Positions 52,304-58,025 of a stretch of DNA of 58,025 bases are shown here, one piece after another. Position 1 is the stretch's first letter, and every line of letters starts with the position of its first letter. The DNA comes from Campylobacterota bacterium (lineage in GTDB: Bacteria; Campylobacterota; Campylobacteria; Campylobacterales; Sulfurospirillaceae). The notes beneath the pieces are model-generated. The model saw only the letters and a list, made by a program, of their open reading frames with translations, ran no database searches and was not told the origin of the DNA. The position numbers were made by a program, and so were the translations under genes. The stretch spans positions 1 to 58,025 of the forward strand of contig JAADIZ010000110.1 of assembly GCA_013151055.1 (NCBI GenBank), given 5' to 3'.

Positions 52304-53773
52304 TTATCCTCTTATAAAAGTCAAAATTTCTTCTTCGATATCTTTTTTATTTACAATTTTTTCATGTAAAACTTTCTTGTCGAAAAGTTCACTTATGTTT
52401 TTTGGAATATGCAGGTTTAGAGTTTTGCTAAATTCGCTAAGAGCTTCTTCGTCACTATATGAAACATTGTCATTTTTGATAGCGTTTAGCATAGTTGGTG
52501 CAAATTTTGTCCACTCAGCAGTAGAGCAAGCAACACACGGAAGTTTTTCTTTTTTCAAACTTTCATATGCACTAAGAGTTGTCGCAGTGTGCGGATCCAT
52601 CGTATAGCCCCTGTTTGCATATTTTTTGATTGTTTTTTTTGCAAAATCATCATCGCAATATACAGCATCAAAATCTTCTCTTAATTTTTCTAACTCATCT
52701 TTACTTAACTTATAAAATTTATTTTGTTTTAGATTTTCAATGAGTTCTTTGCATCTTGAGGCTCCAAATTTATCAAACAGTACTCTCTCAACATTTGATG
52801 AAATCAGTATATCCATAGCAGGAGAAGTGGTTTTAAGCAACACTCTGCCTCGCAAATCATAAACTCCACTGTTTATAAAATCAGTCAAAATGTTATTTAT
52901 GTTTGATGCTATAAGAATTTTTTTGATAGGAAGTCCCATCTTTTTTGCATAATACGCACCAAGTGCATTTCCAAAATTTCCACTCGGAATTATTTCGTAA
53001 AATTCATCAGTTTTTTGCTCTTTTGATAAAGATATATATCCATATATGTGATAAATAATTTGAAATATAATTCTACCAAAATTGACAGAATTTGCAGCAC
53101 TTACTTTTGTATTTTGTTTTTGTAATTCTTCTTTGAAAGTTGGAGATGCAAGCAAACTTTTTAGTGTATTTTGTGCATCATCAAAATTACCTACAATTCC
53201 TAAAACTTGTAAATTTTTGCCACTTTGTGTAACCATTTGCAATCTTTGAACATCGCTAGTTCCACCATCTGGATACATGCAAGCTACTTTGATATTATCT
53301 TTGTTTGAAAATGTATCTAGCACAGCAGGTCCTGTATCGCCACTTGTTGCTGCTAGTATCAGATAATTTTGCTTCTGTTTTTTTGCTAAATCTGAGAGTA
53401 TATGCCCAAAAGGCTGAAGTGCCATATCTTTAAAAGCCCTTGTTGGACCGTGGTAGAGTTCATTTATATATAAATCTTCTTCTATCTTTCTAAGAGGTAC
53501 TGGGTTTTTGCCATCATCAAATTTGTCATATAAAGATATAGCTTCATCTATAGTTTTTTCATCTATATCAATTTTAAATTTTTGCAAAATCTCTTTTGTG
53601 ATCTCTTTATAACTTTTATTTTTCGCTTTTTGAAAAAAATCTGCTTCTAGTTTTGGTAAAAATTTGGGCACAAAAAGACCGCCAAAGCTTGCTATTGGGT
53701 TAAGTAGAGCATATGAAAATTCAACTTCTTTTGGTTTTATACCGTCATTTCCTCTTGTTTCTATAAATTTCAT
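52304..53773 (-). CDS. thrC: Threonine synthase
   Basis: ELYHGPTRAFKD, ATSGDTG, NSVNFGRI, PSGNFGN, SPAMDILISSNVER. Confidence 0.95.
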   Translation of the reverse strand: MKFIETRGNDGIKPKEVEFSYALLNPIASFGGLFVPKFLPKLEADFFQKAKNKSYKEITKEILQKFKIDIDEKTIDEAISLYDKFDDGKNPVPLRKIEEDLYINELYHGPTRAFKDMALQPFGHILSDLAKKQKQNYLILAATSGDTGPAVLDTFSNKDNIKVACMYPDGGTSDVQRLQMVTQSGKNLQVLGIVGNFDDAQNTLKSLLASPTFKEELQKQNTKVSAANSVNFGRIIFQIIYHIYGYISLSKEQKTDEFYEIIPSGNFGNALGAYYAKKMGLPIKKILIASNINNILTDFINSGVYDLRGRVLLKTTSPAMDILISSNVERVLFDKFGASRCKELIENLKQNKFYKLSKDELEKLREDFDAVYCDDDFAKKTIKKYANRGYTMDPHTATTLSAYESLKKEKLPCVACSTAEWTKFAPTMLNAIKNDNVSYSDEEALSEFSKTLNLHIPKNISELFDKKVLHEKIVNKKDIEEEILTFIRG

Positions 53774-54615
53774 TTTATTTTTGTTCCTATTCCATCTTTT
53801 GTAAATACTTCAAGTAAAATTGAATGTTCAGTTCTACCATCTATGATATGTGCACTTTTTACACCGTTTTCCAAAGCATTGAGACAAGCGTCTGTTTTTG
53901 GAATCATTCCCCCGTTTATAACTCCATTTTCTTTTAAACCTACAATTTCCTTTTTATCCAAAATTGATATTAATTCTTTGTTGTTATCTAAAATACCAGG
54001 GGTATCGGTTAAAAATATAATTTTTTCTGCCTTTAAGGCAACCGCAATTTTACTAGCTGCTAAGTCTGCGTTTATGTTAAAACCTGGATGATTTGTGCCA
54101 CCACTTGCTATTGGAGCGATAACAGGTATAAAATTTTCATTAATCAAATCTTGCAAAACTTTATGGTTTATATTGGTTATTTCTCCCACTAGTCCATATT
54201 TTCCATTATTTAGCACTTTTGCTTCGATAAAATTAGCATCTTTACCAGTAATTCCTATGGCTTTTGCTCCGTTATGATTCAAAAGATTTGTTATCTCTTT
54301 GTTTATGTTACCGCCAAGAACCATCTCTACAACTTCCATGACACTTTCGCTTGTAACTCTCAATCCATCAACAAACTCACTTTTTATTTTTAGTTTGTCT
54401 AATAGGGCATTTATCTTTTTTCCGCCACCGTGGACGATAACAGGTTTTATCCCCACAAGATACAGCAAAACTACATCTTGAATGAATTTTTCTTTAAGGT
54501 TTAAATCTGCCTGTGCTGAGCCACCGTATTTTATGACAACTGTTTTTTTATTAAAATATTTGATATACGGCAGAGCATCCATGAGAGTTCTGGCTTGTTG
54601 TATCTTTTTTTTGAT
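53770..54615 (-). CDS. argB: Acetylglutamate kinase (apparent ATC start; first ATG at 54582)
   Basis: ALPYI, VIKYGG, VHGGG, DGLRVT, NINAD, LTDTPG, GGMIPK; GAGGAG RBS 6 nt before ATC at 54615. Confidence 0.93.
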   Translation of the reverse strand: MKKKIQQARTLMDALPYIKYFNKKTVVIKYGGSAQADLNLKEKFIQDVVLLYLVGIKPVIVHGGGKKINALLDKLKIKSEFVDGLRVTSESVMEVVEMVLGGNINKEITNLLNHNGAKAIGITGKDANFIEAKVLNNGKYGLVGEITNINHKVLQDLINENFIPVIAPIASGGTNHPGFNINADLAASKIAVALKAEKIIFLTDTPGILDNNKELISILDKKEIVGLKENGVINGGMIPKTDACLNALENGVKSAHIIDGRTEHSILLEVFTKDGIGTKIK

Positions 54616-54655
54616 TTTTTACTCCTCAGGTTTGCAATCTTTACAAGGTTAGATT

Positions 54656-55588
54656 TTATCTAAAATTGGCTAAAAATGTGTTTATTTGATTTTTTATATG
54701 TGGTTTTACTTCTAAATTTAATTCTAATATTGAAAGTTTCAATCCAAAATCTTCTATCTTTACAGCATCTTTTTGAGTCGTTAAAATTGAAGTCGATTTG
54801 TATTTTGATATTAATTCTTCTAACTCTTTCTTTTTATATGCATGATGGTCTTCAAAATAAATTTTTTTAATTATACCTTTTGGTAGATATTTATCTAATC
54901 TTTTTGGTTTCGAAATGCCTGTTATTAAAATCATCTTTTTGGTTGGATTTATCACATTTACCACTCTGTTAAAATCTTCATCCTCGCTCACAAGTAAATC
55001 CGCAGTTTTATATAAGTATTTTGGCTCTCTATATGCTCCACTTGGTAAGCAAAATGGCAAAGTTGGTTCATTTTTTGGTTTTATCAAAATATCAAATTTT
55101 TTGATGTAGGATTTACTAAAACCATCATCTAAAAATATAATTTTGCAATTTAATAACTCTGCTTGTTTGATAGCTTTTATCCTGTCTTCACTAACTATCA
55201 CAGTTGCATCTAGCAAGGATTGCGCATATAACATAGCTTCATCTCCACTTATGGAAACATCGCACAATATCTTTTGATTATGTGAAACCACCACCATTCC
55301 TCTACTTTGTCTCCCGTAACCTCTTAGGATGATGGCACAATTTTTATGTTCTTTTGCTAACTCTATTGTTAAGGGAGTTTTTCCGCTTCCTCCAATTGTT
55401 AAATTTCCTATACTTATGATTGGAACTTCAAATTCTTTTGGTTGTGAGAAAATTCTTTTTGATATAACTATGAAACAGTAAACAAAAGCAAAAGGAAGTA
55501 ATGAAAATGAGAGAAAAAATTGTAAAAAAGTTTTTGGGTAGAAAAGATACTCTTCTACCCAAGCAGTAATTTTATTTTTATCAAACAC
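54656..55588 (-). CDS. lpxK: Tetraacyldisaccharide 4'-kinase
   Basis: IGNLTIGGSGKTP, RGYGR, GDEA, LDDGF, EDHH, TTQKDAVK. Confidence 0.93.
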   Translation of the reverse strand: MFDKNKITAWVEEYLFYPKTFLQFFLSFSLLPFAFVYCFIVISKRIFSQPKEFEVPIISIGNLTIGGSGKTPLTIELAKEHKNCAIILRGYGRQSRGMVVVSHNQKILCDVSISGDEAMLYAQSLLDATVIVSEDRIKAIKQAELLNCKIIFLDDGFSKSYIKKFDILIKPKNEPTLPFCLPSGAYREPKYLYKTADLLVSEDEDFNRVVNVINPTKKMILITGISKPKRLDKYLPKGIIKKIYFEDHHAYKKKELEELISKYKSTSILTTQKDAVKIEDFGLKLSILELNLEVKPHIKNQINTFLANFR

Positions 55589-56714
55589 GAGTTTTGGCGA
55601 TCTTTTTTATCTGTTCGCAAATATAATACACATCTTTATTTTTTAAGCTGTGATAAATAGGCAAAGAGAGTATCTTTTGATAATTATTTAGTGCATGTGG
55701 AAAGTCATTTACTCTGATATTGTACTTATGTTTGTAGTAAGTAAGCAGGTGGATTGGTATATAGTGTAAAGCTGTGTTGATGCCATTTTCTTTTAATTCT
55801 CTTGCAAAACTATCTCTGTTTTTATCTACTTTTATGATGTATTGGCTAAAGATATGCTCTCTTTTTTCAACAGGCGTGCGAACATGAGGACAGTCTTTTA
55901 ACTCTTCGTCATAAATTTTTGCGATTAGTTGTCGTCTTTTTATAAAATCTCTGTTTTTTTCAAGTTGACCTAGTGCATAAGCTGCGTTTAGTTCATTCAT
56001 GTCATATTTCAAACCAATATCAACTACATCATATACATAACCTAAATTTCCATAAGCATCCCATCTTTCATTGACGATAGCATGATTTCTTAAAAGTTTT
56101 GCTCTATCTCTCAAAGCTTCATCATTTGTAGTCATAATTCCACCACTAGCAACTGCATGTTTCATTTGTGGAGAAAATCTAAATGTGGTGATATCGGCTT
56201 TTAAGCCACCAATTCTTGCACCATTATATGTAGCACCCATAGCTTCTGAAGCATCTTCTATGACTTTTATATCATATAATTTTGCGATTTTATACAATCT
56301 TTCTAAGTCGGTTGGTTGACCTGCTATGTGATTGAGATAAACACCTTTTAGTTTTTTGCTTCTATTTTTTTCCAATAAAATTTCTAATTCATCAAGATTT
56401 ATATTAAAATCATCTTCATCAATATCTATAAAAATAGGTTCCGCATCAAAGTGTCTTATGACTTCAGCTACAGAAGGAAAAGAGTTGACCGAACAAAGAA
56501 TTTTATCGCCTCTTTTAAGGTCAAGTGCGCACATGGCAAGGTGCATAGCAGAAGTACCGTTGTTTGTAGAAATAGCATATTTGGTATTGATGTATTTTGA
56601 AAAACTATCTTCTAGTGTTTTTACTTTATTTGGAGAGTCTAGCTCTAATACCTCATTTACATACTGCTTCTCTTTTTTGTCAATATATGGCTTGTAAAAC
56701 GGTATTTCTTTCAT
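55581..56714 (-). CDS. DegT/DnrJ/EryC1/StrS-family aminotransferase-like protein
   Basis: NNGTSAMHLA, IEDA, GGIMTTND, LRNH, LSLPIY; atypical PLP-lysine region. Confidence 0.82.
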   Translation of the reverse strand: MKEIPFYKPYIDKKEKQYVNEVLELDSPNKVKTLEDSFSKYINTKYAISTNNGTSAMHLAMCALDLKRGDKILCSVNSFPSVAEVIRHFDAEPIFIDIDEDDFNINLDELEILLEKNRSKKLKGVYLNHIAGQPTDLERLYKIAKLYDIKVIEDASEAMGATYNGARIGGLKADITTFRFSPQMKHAVASGGIMTTNDEALRDRAKLLRNHAIVNERWDAYGNLGYVYDVVDIGLKYDMNELNAAYALGQLEKNRDFIKRRQLIAKIYDEELKDCPHVRTPVEKREHIFSQYIIKVDKNRDSFARELKENGINTALHYIPIHLLTYYKHKYNIRVNDFPHALNNYQKILSLPIYHSLKNKDVYYICEQIKKIAKTRV

Positions 56715-56730
56715 ATTCTTCCTTTGTTTT

Positions 56731-57534
56731 TTATAATTTTATGTCTCTTGAATATAGAAAATCATGTCCTATTGATCTGTCATTTATCTTTGCGATTATA
56801 GGTGGTTTTCTTTTGAATTGATTTTTATATATCTTATTTTTGATTAAATCTACTAATTTTTTTTGATGTCCTGCATTTAGCATTTCATCTTCGTTCATTC
56901 TCTTGTCGACAAAATCTTCTAATGCTTTATCAATTGTTGCATATGAAAAGCCAAGGTCGTCTTCGTCGCTTTGACCTTCCCAAAGATCAGCTGATGGCGG
57001 TTTGGAAATAATTGCTTCTGGTACACCTAGATGTCTTGCAAATTCAAAAATTTCTGTTTTATAAAGGTCGCCTATAGGATTTAATGCAGATGCAAGATCA
57101 CCGAAAAGTGTTCCATATCCAAGAAGCAGTTCGCTTTTATTGCTCGTGCCCATCACTAACGCATTATGTTTTGCTGATAAATCATAAAGTATGCACATCC
57201 TAGCTCGTGCACTAAAATTTCCAATTCTAAGATTACTTGCTTCTATGCCTATAAAGTAAGCTTTAAGTAAAGGTTCTATAGATATTTTTTCATATTTTAT
57301 ATCAAATTTTTCACACAGCAACAAAGCATCATCTAAACTATTTTGGCTTGAATTTGATGAGGGCATCATGATGCCTAGTATTTCTTTTCCAAATGCTTTT
57401 TTAGCAAGCACTGCAACTACAGCTGAGTCGATGCCTCCGCTGATACCTAAAACTACTTTTTTTAATCCAGTTTTAAATACTTCATTTTGTAGAAATTTGA
57501 TAAGGTAAGATTCAATTAGCTGGTATTTATCCAA
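56731..57534 (-). CDS. nadE: NH3-dependent NAD+ synthetase
   Basis: GISGGIDSA, ARARM, GTSNKSE, NPIGDLYKTE, KPPSADL. Confidence 0.96.
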   Translation of the reverse strand: MDKYQLIESYLIKFLQNEVFKTGLKKVVLGISGGIDSAVVAVLAKKAFGKEILGIMMPSSNSSQNSLDDALLLCEKFDIKYEKISIEPLLKAYFIGIEASNLRIGNFSARARMCILYDLSAKHNALVMGTSNKSELLLGYGTLFGDLASALNPIGDLYKTEIFEFARHLGVPEAIISKPPSADLWEGQSDEDDLGFSYATIDKALEDFVDKRMNEDEMLNAGHQKKLVDLIKNKIYKNQFKRKPPIIAKINDRSIGHDFLYSRDIKL

Positions 57535-57660
57535 AATATTCCCTATAGTATTTGTTAAGTTAGCATTATACTAAAGAAAATATTAATTATCTCTTTTAGT
57601 ATTAATATCTTTATTTAAGTCTCAAATAATTTTGTTATAATTAGCGATATAAGGAAGAAA

Positions 57661-58025
57661 ATGATAAATATAAAACAAAAAGCTTGTGGTTTATATATGA
57701 CAAATTGTTATATAGTGCAAATTGACGGAAAAGAGTTGATAATTGACCCAGGCATTGATGCTGATATTTGGGTAAAACAAAATGTTGAAAAGCCTATTGC
57801 TATTTTAAATACTCATGGGCATTTTGATCATGTGTGGAGCAATAGCGTGTTAAAAGATTATTATAATATTCCAATTTATACGCCAAAAGATGATGTTTTT
57901 ATGCTAGAGGGTGATCCATTTAATCAAGGAACCCCACCGAGTAGTGCTGATGTAGAAGTTATAGGAGATGAAGAATTTGAGCTTGATGACATAAAATTTA
58001 AGTATCTATTTTACCCAGGACATAC
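57661..58025 (+). CDS. MBL-fold metallo-hydrolase (glyoxalase II-like), 3' truncated by window
   Basis: AAGGAAG RBS, ATG at 57661, MTNCYIV...IIDPG...THGHFDH...PGH; not in ORF track. Confidence 0.88.
   Translation, partial: MINIKQKACGLYMTNCYIVQIDGKELIIDPGIDADIWVKQNVEKPIAILNTHGHFDHVWSNSVLKDYYNIPIYTPKDDVFMLEGDPFNQGTPPSSADVEVIGDEEFELDDIKFKYLFYPGH

Overview
AT-rich chromosomal window from a Campylobacterota (Epsilonproteobacteria) bacterium, probably a free-living Sulfurospirillum/Sulfurimonas-like lineage. This is inferred from protein content and conserved gene order such as trmN6-TPR-trpC-HIT-selU, ilvIH-lpxD, flgA-ubiX-coaD-tmk-hisS-speA-cysE-aspC and nadE-lpxK-thrC-kdsB. It holds about 55 mostly housekeeping genes and one tRNA-Gly(GCC). 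An accessory-looking block at ~32.5-51.5 kb carries a TTT transporter with a two-component system, a CheB-CheR-PAS-kinase with a REC/HD-GYP partner, a Cu-type ATPase locus, fumC and a PAP2/two-component module. No CRISPR, prophage or transposase gene was seen. The most interesting signals are non-coding or at gene junctions: (1) three stacked ~82-bp cassettes with covarying 27-nt hairpins inserted at the pdxJ-stop/pdxA-start junction; (2) a three-copy ~120-bp MITE family with IS4/IS50-like ends, 7-8 bp target duplications and internal hairpins, sharing a GC-AAA-GC hairpin tip with family 1; (3) tRNA-Gly nested on the same strand inside the open frame that encodes the FlgA signal peptide; (4) an apparent AUC start codon for argB; (5) a 77-nt perfect-ended hairpin in the ilvI leader. 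All calls were made by eye; no database searches were run.
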